A DNA stretch of 36,246 nt from NCBI GenBank assembly GCA_040182905.1, contig JARQWU010000085.1:1-36246 (forward strand). The letters are read 5' to 3'. The DNA comes from Barthelona sp. PAP020. Taxonomy: Eukaryota. This document shows, piece by piece, positions 9,847 through 20,188 of the stretch. A program made the position numbers and the translations under genes. A model generated the notes under the pieces. The model did not search any database. It had not been told where the DNA came from and was given only the letters and a program-made list of their open reading frames with translations. The stretch's first letter is position 1; each line of letters opens with the position of its first letter.

Positions 9847-10554
9847 ATGTTGTAATGTGATATTCACATTTTATTCAACAGATATTGTATTTATTTTGAT
9901 AAAAATAAACCAAACAACAAAGAAATTGAATCTTCTTTGTTTTTTAACAAACACTCCAAAATATCTGAAAATATTAACAAAATTCCAGAAGATTGTGGTA
10001 TATTAATACTAGCTGGTGGAGAATCAAAAAGATTTGGCAGTGATAAAGCACTGGCCAATTTTCGTGGGACTAGTCTTTTAAATTTCATTGTAAACAAGTG
10101 TTTACAATTCACAAACAATGAAAATATTGCAATTTCGAGCAATAGATTGACTGATTATAATAATATTACCATTTTATCTGATGATGATAATTTGATGGGC
10201 AAAGGACCATTGGTTGGCATTTTATCCGGATTAAAGCATTTTAAGAGTTTAAATAAAAAATATATGTATATCGTTCCCGTCGATGCTCCATTATTTCCTC
10301 ATGATTTATTTGATCTTTTGTGGGCTCATTTGTCACATGATGTAATTTTCCCTTATGCAAATGGATACAGGCAGACAACATTTGGTTTATGGAAAACTTC
10401 ATTATATGAAGCATTACAAGCGTATTTGAATGATTCAATGAATCCTCTCAAAATTATCTGTTTTATTCGTTCAGTTAATGGTTTACAAGTGGATATAAAT
10501 GGAGATTTCACAAATATCAACACTTTATCAGATCTTCAATCCACTGAAGGATAA
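9847..10554 (+). CDS. mobA: Molybdenum cofactor guanylyltransferase (MobA family); start uncertain, probably via a 30-nt intron at 9852-9881
   Basis: ILAGGESKRFGSDKA, GKGPLVGILSGL, VPVDAP and FTNINT are MobA signatures. There is no ATG between the TAA at 9853 and the domain; in-frame ATGs lie upstream at 9802, 9829 and 9847. Confidence 0.85.
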
Positions 10555-10900
10555 AATAACCAAACAAGATGGCAATGTTTATTTTATCTTAAAAATTGTT
10601 TATCATCCCTCTTTTTTGTATTTGGTATTACTTGTGAAAAATTCGAAAGTGCCCAGTCCTTTATTATCTTGAAGGAAGGACATCAAACCCTTCCACTACT
10701 AGTCTCTTTTTTGTTTCTCACTGAAAAAGTCCAAAAGATTGGATAAGAACAAGTGAAGTTTTTGAATTTTTGTTGAAAACTCCACTGATTCCTCCCAGAA
10801 AGGAACCGCACTCTTTATTTCATCATCTGATAGTTATCAAACAAGAGTGTGTAGCTTAAAAAGCACTTTTTCAAATAGAAAAAAAAAATATGTCTGTGAT

Positions 10901-13900
10901 TTATAAAACGTTCTCATACCATTCAATATTCTCCATCAAAATAAAAAAATCGAACAAAACAGCAATTTTTTTTAACATTTTCAATTTTTTTCTAATTGAA
11001 ACAATTGAAACATCAAAGATCAAGGTATCATCTAAAGGTCTCTCAATGATGTTTGGAATTCCCAATTCACTTCTTTTGGAAATGACAGAAATATCATCAG
11101 AAGAACAAATACAGCATGATTTGGTTAATGTTGATGAATTAGTTCTTCCACATTTAGCACAAATTGGTGGTTTTTTATTCAAAGAAAATATCATCTCGTT
11201 CAAAGTAGATGTCAAATAAGCTTCTATTCTATTAGCATTTATTGAATTTTTGCAGAATGGGCAAGTTAAAAAGGAGTTGATTTCATGTTTCAAATCATTG
11301 ATACTTTTATTCTGTGTAACATCTGTATGTGTTCTAACTCGATCAGAAGATGATTCATTATCATCTGGATCTGAATCTGAACTGATGGATAAAATAGGAA
11401 TGAAATCAAGGTTCCAAACATGATTACAATGAGAACAAGAAACTGATGGGATTAGGATAGTCTCCAAATCAGCAGAAGTAGTCGTATTTGCTAAAGTTGT
11501 CAACTCTGGAACCTTCAAAAACAATAATATCCCTTTTTCAAAAGCTGTTAATGCTGTATGATTAACATTTTGCAATCTCATAAAATCAATCAATAATGAA
11601 ACCATTGAAATACGTTCAATTCCATTATCTAAAGGTTTTAACCTATCTAATTCTCCTAAAATAATAAGAGTATATTCATCGGAAATAAAATTACCAATTT
11701 TAGTTTTAAACAGTGAGTCTTTTTCATTTATGACACTGTTAATTGCTTGACTGGTTTTAGCAAGCGTTGGGCTACTATATATGAGTTCATGATCTAAACG
11801 TTGATCATTTATATCAGCCATTCTTTTCATATCTTCATCTGTGAATGAATTAAATGAAATTTCTTCAAAATAGGTATTTCTATAAATATTTTGAGTTTTA
11901 GTGACAAAATAGGTTAACAGAATTTGAAAAGATTGTTGAAAAGGTTGCGACATTTCAGAAGTTGCAATCAAACTTAAAATTGGAAATCCTTCATAACCAT
12001 ACATTGAACCATTCACTTGCTGAGATTCTCTAGCAATGTTGACTATATTTTGAATGGTTTCATTGTATTCAGCAAGTTCAACAAGTTTGCTAAATTCAGC
12101 CTCATTCCGAGCACATACCTCCTCATATTTGTAATTATCAAATCTTTCCAAATTCTCACTCGTTAATGGAGGTAAATCATCAACCTGTTGTTGTAAGATC
12201 TCCTTATATTCATTTGATAAGGGCATCAACAATTGAATCTTGTTGTTACCATTCAGAATATAACTTCCTCCATCATAATACTCTCTGATATTTAATTGCA
12301 AAAACATGAACTCCTCTTGCAATAAAAGACTATTCAAACATTCAATCAAGAAACTTCTTGCAGTTTTTATATTCATTTTTGTCGTATCAACCATGATACT
12401 GGAATATGTAGCCTCAATAACATTCAAACCCAACTTTTCCAAACTTTTTATCAAAGTTTTCAAAAACAATTGAGCAAACATAAACATTTCTTGCTTGATT
12501 GAAGGATCATACAAACCAGAAACCTCAGATTGAATCCATCTGGAAAAATTTTGAATATAGTTCCAACTTAAACTGGATACCCAATTACTGTCATAGAGAT
12601 TTTGCATCCAACTCAAAATTACATTCCTATAAGCTAATAAAGCCATGTGTACACTATCTATTTCGTTTGAAACATCAATTTCAGGTATCAAATGTAAAGC
12701 TTTGAACAATAAATTTTCAATGCCAATGTGGACAATTACGGTTTCATAATATCCAGGAATACAGACATGGAATGGTGCATTTGCATTTTGTGTCGATCCA
12801 TTTCCACTCAAAGAACTAACCTCTTGTTGTAATGGTATCAATCCATATCTTGTAGTTCCATAATCTGGTTGAGCCACCGTTGAATACCAAGAAACTAAAT
12901 TGTACGTCTTTAATTCTCTCAACATCATAATATCCATGGTTACCATTGATATATCTTGATTATAAATGTTTCCAGGTATTATTTGACTGAATATTGATAA
13001 CTCCAATGTCTCTAGCAAGACGCTAGGAACTTGCAAGTATCTTAAAGCCAAACGTTTGATCATTTCATGATACCATGCCAAATCTGTTCCGAGGATGGTG
13101 TCTCGATCGTTGAACGCAAGAATAAACAGAGGGAATCCGTTCAACATTGGTAGTTTCTGTGTTAATTCTTTGACAATATTTGATTGCAGAATAATTGAAA
13201 TTTTGCCCAAAGTGCCATTCAGTTGTGAAATGAATTTTTGCATGTTGCTAAAATATTTGCCTTTATTTTGAGAAAAATGAGTGTTAATTTGAAATTCATC
13301 AAAATTTTGCCAAAACTTGTCACATTTTGAAAAATTTTGAGAATTTTCAAAAGCAATACTCTGTTGTTTCAACAATAATATGAACTCCTTCTTAAAACCA
13401 ACAGTATTGGGCTCGTCTTCTTTGTTAGGAATGGTAATAAAAAGGTCCACTTGTCTTTGATTAATATTGACGATTGACGTGAAATAAGCACTGCCAGATC
13501 CTTGTCTTATCTTAGCTAAAAAAATATAAAGTGGTTGAATACTTGAATTCAATATCAAATCCAACAACAGATCTCTTACAGCCCACAAGTTGCTCTGATC
13601 AATTGTCTCCAAATCATCTAGCGTAAAAACTTTTTCCTTACGTTCACTTGAACTGCTTCCTAACAATTCATACCTAGTTTTACTGTTGATTCTGCAAAAT
13701 GGTCCTTGTAAACCGCTCAATAATTTAATTAAAGGAGTCATTCTTGAACCATATAAACCTTCAACAAACGGCAAATATGACAATTGAAGGAAAAATTCTT
13801 CATAATTATGATATGTGCTGAATGGCATTGTAAGCTTGTATAAATGATGTTTTTCATGATGGTGGGGCAAATGATAATCTTCCACAGGTGTAATATTCAC

Positions 13901-16900
13901 CAGAGGAGGAAACTCAAGATGATCTTGAAACGTGTCCGTTAAAAAATTGACAAAAATCTCTTGCTCTGCCTCAAAAAGGTATTGATCAAGTCTAACTGTT
14001 TCTGGATTTAGCTTCTTAATATTTCTTGAAAATGAATCATTTGAATCGAAAACAAACCATAATTTGAACATCCCTTCAGTTTTGGTAGGTGTTAAACGAA
14101 GAGGTATAAATGTGGTATTCAATGGGTCAAGATTCATATTGGTAATAACAGCAGTCGTTTCCATGGGCACATCATCTGTTTGTGTTAAATTTAAAGCGTG
14201 AGATCCCCTCAATGTTTTATGATTCTGTTTGGATCCTTGACCCATTACAACATCACGATACAATGATTCTGCCTGAACATTTGTTAATGCTAAAGGCTTT
14301 TCTATTGTCGGTTTTAGTTGTTTTAAAGCAACCATTTGACGCCATAATGGCATTAATTTACTCACTACCACTTTCTTTTCATCAGCAGTATGTGGCATTT
14401 CAAGTTTTTGCTTATCAATTTCAGAAATAATAATCGGCTTTTCGTCTCGTCTCAAAGCCAAAGGCAAAGCTAACTCTTTGAAGGTATGAAACTCATTGAT
14501 ATGTTCATCCATTTCATCAACAGGTTTATCATCATCTCCAGGACTTAAAGGGGATTTGATACCTTCCATAGTAGGAGACATGTGACCGATTAGAGGAGAA
14601 CTTCCATTAATGTCAATAGAATTATCCAAATCAAAAAAAGTGTTGTGCTGTTTCAACAGAGTTTTATGCTTCATACAACTACTATCAATAATCTCCATGT
14701 CTTCCACATCTTCCATGTCCAAAAAGTTCACTGGCTTTTGATTTTGATTCGAAGAAGTAAGTTCTTGCTTTGTAAAGAAAGATCCGATTGTACTTTGTGT
14801 CAAACCAATCTCTCTTAGCCTTACTTTTGCCTGTAACCATTGAGGCAAAGAAACAGATGGTAGAGGATTGTTAAGGCCTTGCAATACAGCGGGAATACAT
14901 ACTAATTTCTGTATAGTTGTTGTTAAACGTTCCTTGTAATAACCCCAATCAAGAATATGCCTGATATCAAACTGTTTCATGAAAGGATCACACCACCTAC
15001 GAAGGAACATTTGTTTTACAGAAGGATCAGAACTGAAAATCTGAATAGGAATTGCACGTTGTGTAACTTCACCTGAAATAGGATACTTACTGATAATATA
15101 TTCACATTTCAAACCAGTTGACTGTGATAAATTATCTCCCAGTAAATCCCTCAATCGTTTGGCAACAACAACACCAACTGTTTTAGAATTACCGTATTCA
15201 TCAACGCTTTTCGATAAATTCTTTGACTCTGACAACAAATGCAAAATTTCAGCCTCTGTCAGAGTAATGCCTTCACTGTCTAAAATACTAATCCAATGTT
15301 GAGCACGTTGGGCAACGGCTTCATAACAGGTTTCCAATGATGTGCCCGCTAAATAGTCGCCAAAAATTTCTGCTTGAAATTGTTTGATAATTTCCAACTC
15401 TCCACGCCTCTTTATTTCAAATCCTTTAAGTTCAGCAATAGAACCATCGAAGTTAAACACGACATATCTTTTTTTCAACAAAACATTTTCAATAGGTGAA
15501 GCAGGCAAAACCATTGCTCTATATGGTCCATCCAATTCAAAAAAGATTGAACAATGAGTTTCTCGCTTCCACTGTCCAGTTTTGGGATCAAACGTTTGGT
15601 ATTGATCATTAAGATACTTATAATGCACATCTGAGTTCAACATTAAGCAAGGATATGAAATGGGAAGATTCTTATTGTCTGCGGTCTTCAAAACAAAATC
15701 ATCAGGAAAACTAGAAGGTAAACAACACCAAATACCATCTGTATCTAACTCTAATGGAATTCCCAGTTCTTCTACCAGTTCACGAGCATCTTGAATAATG
15801 TTAGCTCCTTGATGAGTAACTGTTCCAGCCATTTCCATTGAGTACCAACGTGCACTCACACGCATGACATAACCATAGAACGAGTTAAGAATACATTTAT
15901 GAGCGATCTGTAATGAATCATACAACACGACCATTTGATTAAGTCTGGATATTTCTGAAGCCATTGAATCTTTCAATACAAGAAATTCTTCATTTGATAA
16001 TTCTTTTCTTTTTTTATCCAACATGACATCAATTTTTTTGGCAGAATTTTTATATTTGCTAGCGTATCTTTTATATTCATAACGACGATCTCGAAAAGCA
16101 CGAATAGTATCAATATAAAAAGGATTTTCTCGTTGACAAACAATTGCTTCTCTAGTTTCTTCAAAAGTATCATGAGATTTTTTAAAATGCTTTTGAGAAA
16201 ATTTTTTCACTCTTGATTCCAGCAAATCTAATTGTTTTTGCTTCCCTAATTGATGATATCTAACCTTTTCTTCAATTCCATTCATTGTAGTATCAAACAA
16301 TTCATCTTCTAATTGATGTAATAATTTTTTCACTTGTATTTCATTGATTCGATATATATCACCTCTCCAAACCCAATTCAATCTTCTTTGACATTTATAC
16401 ATCTCTCGGTTAGCATAAAATTCACATTTACTGCAGAATTTCGAATCAGGTAATACAGCAGTAGGTTGTAATCGATTTGTTAAAATAATATTGGGATACA
16501 TAGCTCCTACATCCAAATGATAAATTAATGGTTTTTCTTTAAATACAGGATTATCTCTAATCTGTATTAACCTATTCTCAATCGTTTCACAAATTGAATC
16601 AAAATTGGTGATTTCTTCAATCTTCATTTTCCTTTCAATTTCAACGTAAAATGTCAAATCTCTTCTAACTTTCTTTATTAATTCATCATATTTTGAAGGA
16701 TTAACATTGAATTTAATTGGTATGTCTGACCTATATACACCTGTATTTAAACATTCAACATGTCCACCGATATATGTCTCGGATTTTATTAATTTTCCGT
16801 TACGATATCTGATAGGATCTTTTATGTATTTATTTGGTGCAACTATATGTTCTTTAGAGGCTTCTGCCAATAATAAAGCTTCACAAAGTGTACCAGAACC

Positions 16901-18235
16901 TTTTCTTAAAACATCATCTGGAGGTAAAGGAATAATATTACATAAAGCAAAGATAAAAGGATGAACGTATTTCATGTACAGATCATATGTAGCTACTGCA
17001 TCGGAGACAGAATAATTCGCCAGTTCTGTTGGGTGTGTTTTAGCAAAAAGAGCAATATCTTCTGGATCCAGTTGGTAAGGATCATAATTCAATTTGTATC
17101 TAGTGACTGCCTTCAAAGATTGACTACCTTGGGGTAAATAAGAATCTCTACGTACCCATTCCAAACAATCCAAATGACAAGCATAATTAGAAGTATAACG
17201 TAAATTATCCTTTCCATATACATTTTTACCACCTGTTTTTTGTCCAGAAATTTGAATTTTTTTATACATTGAAATTTCATGAATTTCACTTCTACGTTCA
17301 ATATAAGGCCAATCGAAATAATCACCATTAAAAGAAGAAAATACTTGTGGTTTTAGTTCAATTATATGATTGAAAAATTTCAACAAGAGATTCTTTTCAT
17401 TATGACAATTCCAGCAGGTAAAGTGGTAATTGCGGTAATCAAATGAATCAATATCAGCAGCAACAACATTTCGATTGATTATCAAAAATCCATTTCCATC
17501 TACTACATAAGAAATCATACTAATCTCATCAACATTACTATCAGGAAACATTAACGGTGCCTTAGTGGTTTCTATATCAAATGCTAGAATCGACAAATCA
17601 GCACGAATAACATCATCAACCAGTTTTCGCATCTTTACATTTCGACTATGTACACTTATCTCATACCAAAACCCTGCATTAATTCCTTCTTCAACACAAA
17701 ACCTTGTTAAATATGGAACATCATATTCAGCAAACGTTTGAATCATCATTCCAAATTGTATCGTCTCAGATGTCTCATCAACAGTCAACTTCTCTAATCC
17801 CAATTTTCTCAATTGATCAGTTCCATTATCGCTTAAATCTTCATAAACTTTTAAAATATTTTGAATTTCATTTACTTTCATTCGCATTTGATTCTCATTA
17901 AAAAAAGAAATTTTAAAGAAATCAGGTTTTTCGCGTTGAATTAAATGATTAGGTTCAGATAAATCTAATTTTTGTACAATTTCAATGTCTTGACAACTAT
18001 CACTAAAGAAACTTTGACATTCAGAATAAAAATCTTCTAAATATTCAATTTTCGGTCGCAATAAAAAATATGGTGAAAAAGGATAGGTGACTTTGAATCT
18101 GTTTCCATTTTTTTCCAAAAAATATAATGATATGGCACTTCTCTGTGGAGTTTGACCAACTCCTTCTATTCTCGTCACATTAAAATTATATAACCATCCT
18201 ACTTTGTTTCCACTGGTCAAAGATTCTGGTTCCAT
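10901..18235 (-). CDS. POLE: DNA polymerase epsilon catalytic subunit
   Basis: 2444 aa, intronless. ExoI AFDIETTK, NGDYFDWP, YSVSDAVAT; polymerase motifs YHLDVGAMYPNII, HKCILNSFYGY, LELDTDG; Fe-S cysteines (CSKC...C...C); C-terminal CysA/CysB clusters. Confidence 0.98.
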   Translation of the reverse strand: MEPESLTSGNKVGWLYNFNVTRIEGVGQTPQRSAISLYFLEKNGNRFKVTYPFSPYFLLRPKIEYLEDFYSECQSFFSDSCQDIEIVQKLDLSEPNHLIQREKPDFFKISFFNENQMRMKVNEIQNILKVYEDLSDNGTDQLRKLGLEKLTVDETSETIQFGMMIQTFAEYDVPYLTRFCVEEGINAGFWYEISVHSRNVKMRKLVDDVIRADLSILAFDIETTKAPLMFPDSNVDEISMISYVVDGNGFLIINRNVVAADIDSFDYRNYHFTCWNCHNEKNLLLKFFNHIIELKPQVFSSFNGDYFDWPYIERRSEIHEISMYKKIQISGQKTGGKNVYGKDNLRYTSNYACHLDCLEWVRRDSYLPQGSQSLKAVTRYKLNYDPYQLDPEDIALFAKTHPTELANYSVSDAVATYDLYMKYVHPFIFALCNIIPLPPDDVLRKGSGTLCEALLLAEASKEHIVAPNKYIKDPIRYRNGKLIKSETYIGGHVECLNTGVYRSDIPIKFNVNPSKYDELIKKVRRDLTFYVEIERKMKIEEITNFDSICETIENRLIQIRDNPVFKEKPLIYHLDVGAMYPNIILTNRLQPTAVLPDSKFCSKCEFYANREMYKCQRRLNWVWRGDIYRINEIQVKKLLHQLEDELFDTTMNGIEEKVRYHQLGKQKQLDLLESRVKKFSQKHFKKSHDTFEETREAIVCQRENPFYIDTIRAFRDRRYEYKRYASKYKNSAKKIDVMLDKKRKELSNEEFLVLKDSMASEISRLNQMVVLYDSLQIAHKCILNSFYGYVMRVSARWYSMEMAGTVTHQGANIIQDARELVEELGIPLELDTDGIWCCLPSSFPDDFVLKTADNKNLPISYPCLMLNSDVHYKYLNDQYQTFDPKTGQWKRETHCSIFFELDGPYRAMVLPASPIENVLLKKRYVVFNFDGSIAELKGFEIKRRGELEIIKQFQAEIFGDYLAGTSLETCYEAVAQRAQHWISILDSEGITLTEAEILHLLSESKNLSKSVDEYGNSKTVGVVVAKRLRDLLGDNLSQSTGLKCEYIISKYPISGEVTQRAIPIQIFSSDPSVKQMFLRRWCDPFMKQFDIRHILDWGYYKERLTTTIQKLVCIPAVLQGLNNPLPSVSLPQWLQAKVRLREIGLTQSTIGSFFTKQELTSSNQNQKPVNFLDMEDVEDMEIIDSSCMKHKTLLKQHNTFFDLDNSIDINGSSPLIGHMSPTMEGIKSPLSPGDDDKPVDEMDEHINEFHTFKELALPLALRRDEKPIIISEIDKQKLEMPHTADEKKVVVSKLMPLWRQMVALKQLKPTIEKPLALTNVQAESLYRDVVMGQGSKQNHKTLRGSHALNLTQTDDVPMETTAVITNMNLDPLNTTFIPLRLTPTKTEGMFKLWFVFDSNDSFSRNIKKLNPETVRLDQYLFEAEQEIFVNFLTDTFQDHLEFPPLVNITPVEDYHLPHHHEKHHLYKLTMPFSTYHNYEEFFLQLSYLPFVEGLYGSRMTPLIKLLSGLQGPFCRINSKTRYELLGSSSSERKEKVFTLDDLETIDQSNLWAVRDLLLDLILNSSIQPLYIFLAKIRQGSGSAYFTSIVNINQRQVDLFITIPNKEDEPNTVGFKKEFILLLKQQSIAFENSQNFSKCDKFWQNFDEFQINTHFSQNKGKYFSNMQKFISQLNGTLGKISIILQSNIVKELTQKLPMLNGFPLFILAFNDRDTILGTDLAWYHEMIKRLALRYLQVPSVLLETLELSIFSQIIPGNIYNQDISMVTMDIMMLRELKTYNLVSWYSTVAQPDYGTTRYGLIPLQQEVSSLSGNGSTQNANAPFHVCIPGYYETVIVHIGIENLLFKALHLIPEIDVSNEIDSVHMALLAYRNVILSWMQNLYDSNWVSSLSWNYIQNFSRWIQSEVSGLYDPSIKQEMFMFAQLFLKTLIKSLEKLGLNVIEATYSSIMVDTTKMNIKTARSFLIECLNSLLLQEEFMFLQLNIREYYDGGSYILNGNNKIQLLMPLSNEYKEILQQQVDDLPPLTSENLERFDNYKYEEVCARNEAEFSKLVELAEYNETIQNIVNIARESQQVNGSMYGYEGFPILSLIATSEMSQPFQQSFQILLTYFVTKTQNIYRNTYFEEISFNSFTDEDMKRMADINDQRLDHELIYSSPTLAKTSQAINSVINEKDSLFKTKIGNFISDEYTLIILGELDRLKPLDNGIERISMVSLLIDFMRLQNVNHTALTAFEKGILLFLKVPELTTLANTTTSADLETILIPSVSCSHCNHVWNLDFIPILSISSDSDPDDNESSSDRVRTHTDVTQNKSINDLKHEINSFLTCPFCKNSINANRIEAYLTSTLNEMIFSLNKKPPICAKCGRTNSSTLTKSCCICSSDDISVISKRSELGIPNIIERPLDDTLIFDVSIVSIRKKLKMLKKIAVLFDFFILMENIEWYENVL

Positions 18236-18320
18236 TGGATTAAAATGAATTGTATCAATAATTATGATTGATTTTTTTTTTCCTTTTTCTTTCTTAAATA
18301 TTTATAATAATGGTTTTATT

Positions 18321-18761
18321 ATGAAATTTTCGTCATTAAAATCAATAAGATTAAGATTATTACAAATTATTTCGATACAAATGATGTCTTATGTAATTTT
18401 TTCTACCTTTTACACTATTTTTGGCATATTTGTCAATAAAATACCATCTTTGGTTGTAGTATTCTCACATCATATCATTAAGCAACCGGAATTTTTTTTT
18501 ATTTACCGAATTTCGACATTTCTTTCTTCTTTTATCCTTGGTTATTATATATATTATGTAGTAACACTTCCCAAATTAATTTTGGATTTTACAGTGAGTG
18601 AAATGATCATTCACTTCTTAATTTCATTTGCTTTCACTTTTTCCTTTCCTTCATTCTCCTTTATAGTTTGGTATTTCTTTATGAGAGTGATAACTTTCTG
18701 TGTTGCATATTTTTTTGCTCATCGAAAGTATATGAGAACAATAAGCATTCATTTATCATAA
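18321..18761 (+). CDS. SYS1: SYS1-like Golgi integral membrane protein
   Basis: About four hydrophobic segments. QIISIQ, PSL...F, KLILDFTV...HF, FPS and terminal RKYMRTI follow the SYS1 pattern. ATG 18321 is preferred over 18264, which lies only 28 bp from the POLE start. Confidence 0.75.
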   Translation: MKFSSLKSIRLRLLQIISIQMMSYVIFSTFYTIFGIFVNKIPSLVVVFSHHIIKQPEFFFIYRISTFLSSFILGYYIYYVVTLPKLILDFTVSEMIIHFLISFAFTFSFPSFSFIVWYFFMRVITFCVAYFFAHRKYMRTISIHLS

Positions 18762-19386
18762 ACAGTTTAAAAAACTTGTTTTTTCCAATCAAAGCTTTTA
18801 AAAAAGTGAAAAATATTCACCAAAACCAAAAGTTAAGACTTTTTATATTGGTTCATTAAAGAAATGGTCTTTAAAATCCAATTCAGCAGGATTATGTTGG
18901 AACCAATTGAAGGTTAAATTTGCAAAAAAAATGTCTTTCCATTTATTTTCAGGCCAAGAAGCAGTGTGCATATGAGTGAATAGGGAAAAATTGAGAGGAA
19001 AGAATTTTTCTGAAATTTCCCAATTCCATTGGTTTTAATGTTTTTTTTATCTACAAATAAATATAACTGTCTCACAATGGAAACAACACATTTCTTATTC
19101 ACTTATACGAACAGTGTTTTTTGATTTGAAAATCATGGTTTTTTTTGCAAGAATAATTTTTGTATTTACAAATTGATAAAATTTGGAAAGCTTTTTATCA
19201 AAAAAACATTTTTTCCTCAATTAATTCCTGATCACAATGTTTTTAAGATTAAAAAATAGATTTAAAAAAGATATTTTCTTCATTTTTTAAAAACTACAAA
19301 ATTCTATTTTTTTTATTTTATTTTATTTAATTTAATTTATTTTTATTTTATTATCAACAAGAAAAATTTTTTTTACATTTTTACAG

Positions 19387-20088
19387 TCAAGGACGAATAA
19401 TCCTAATAGTCTTGTGAGGTTTTTGTTTTTGATTTGATTCTTTAGGTTTTCGTTGGGGAGGACTCACAGCTCTGTAAGATTCATCATTTGTAAGATCAAT
19501 AGAAATGGTTTGAGGAGAATTATTGAATGTATCTGTTAGATCAACAGCAATAACATTAGTTTTTTGTTTTTGTCTTGATTTTCCCTTCACAGTAGTTAAA
19601 TTGGTGTGAACGTTTTTTCTTTCATAAGCTTCGTGCCTTGGTTTTGTTTTGGGAGCCACACTTCTTTGTTTGTTATTTAAAGCTTGTTGTAATTTAGTTA
19701 TTGTCAGTTCAGCATTTCTCAATTTTTCACTCAAAATTTGATTTTCTTGCTCTAATTCTTGATTTCTATTTTGTGCTTCTTCTAATCTTCGAATGTATGT
19801 ATTCATTTGTTGTGTAGATTCTGAAGTAAGTGAAGACATATTGTTAGGTTGTGTGGGAATGGTCGAAAAAGAATTATTAAAGAAATTCGAACTATAAGGT
19901 GGATTATTATGGGAATATTCAACATTGGAATCACTTCCAATAATATTTATTGGTCTAACATTTGAAAACCTTTGTGTTGAATTGGGTGTATTAAAATTTG
20001 AATGATTTCTTTGAATTATGGCACTTTGAGGTGTCGCAATCAAATTCGGATTTCGTAAACGATCCAATAATTCATGCGCATTAAACAT
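19387..20088 (-). CDS. Hypothetical disordered and coiled-coil protein with tandem SUMO-interacting-like motifs
   Basis: 233-aa ATG-initiated ORF with an N/S-rich N-terminus, central heptads (YIRRLEEAQNRNQELEQENQILSEKL), and VIAVDLTD and ISIDLTNDE motifs. Confidence 0.7.
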   Translation of the reverse strand: MFNAHELLDRLRNPNLIATPQSAIIQRNHSNFNTPNSTQRFSNVRPINIIGSDSNVEYSHNNPPYSSNFFNNSFSTIPTQPNNMSSLTSESTQQMNTYIRRLEEAQNRNQELEQENQILSEKLRNAELTITKLQQALNNKQRSVAPKTKPRHEAYERKNVHTNLTTVKGKSRQKQKTNVIAVDLTDTFNNSPQTISIDLTNDESYRAVSPPQRKPKESNQKQKPHKTIRIIRP

Positions 20089-20188
20089 ATGTCGAAATAA
20101 TTAAAAAAAAAATTTCTTTTGTTCTCAAAAAATAAAAAGGACTATAATTTACAAAAAAAAAACATATCATTGAACTGTTTTAATAACT

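Noticed and set aside
9853..9855. TAA read as Gln (alternative genetic code) to explain the MobA start
   Set aside because: Conserved genes here end properly at TAA, TAG and TGA, and multi-kilobase ORFs have no internal TAA or TAG.
4738..10554. Bacterial contamination or an operon linking the hydrogenase and mobA
   Set aside because: Both are interleaved with clearly eukaryotic genes (one intron-containing), share host composition and are separated by two opposite-strand genes.
10901..18235. Intein or intron in the long POLE ORF
   Set aside because: Length is near normal for Pol2, motifs are collinear, and no intein splice-junction or homing endonuclease motifs were seen.
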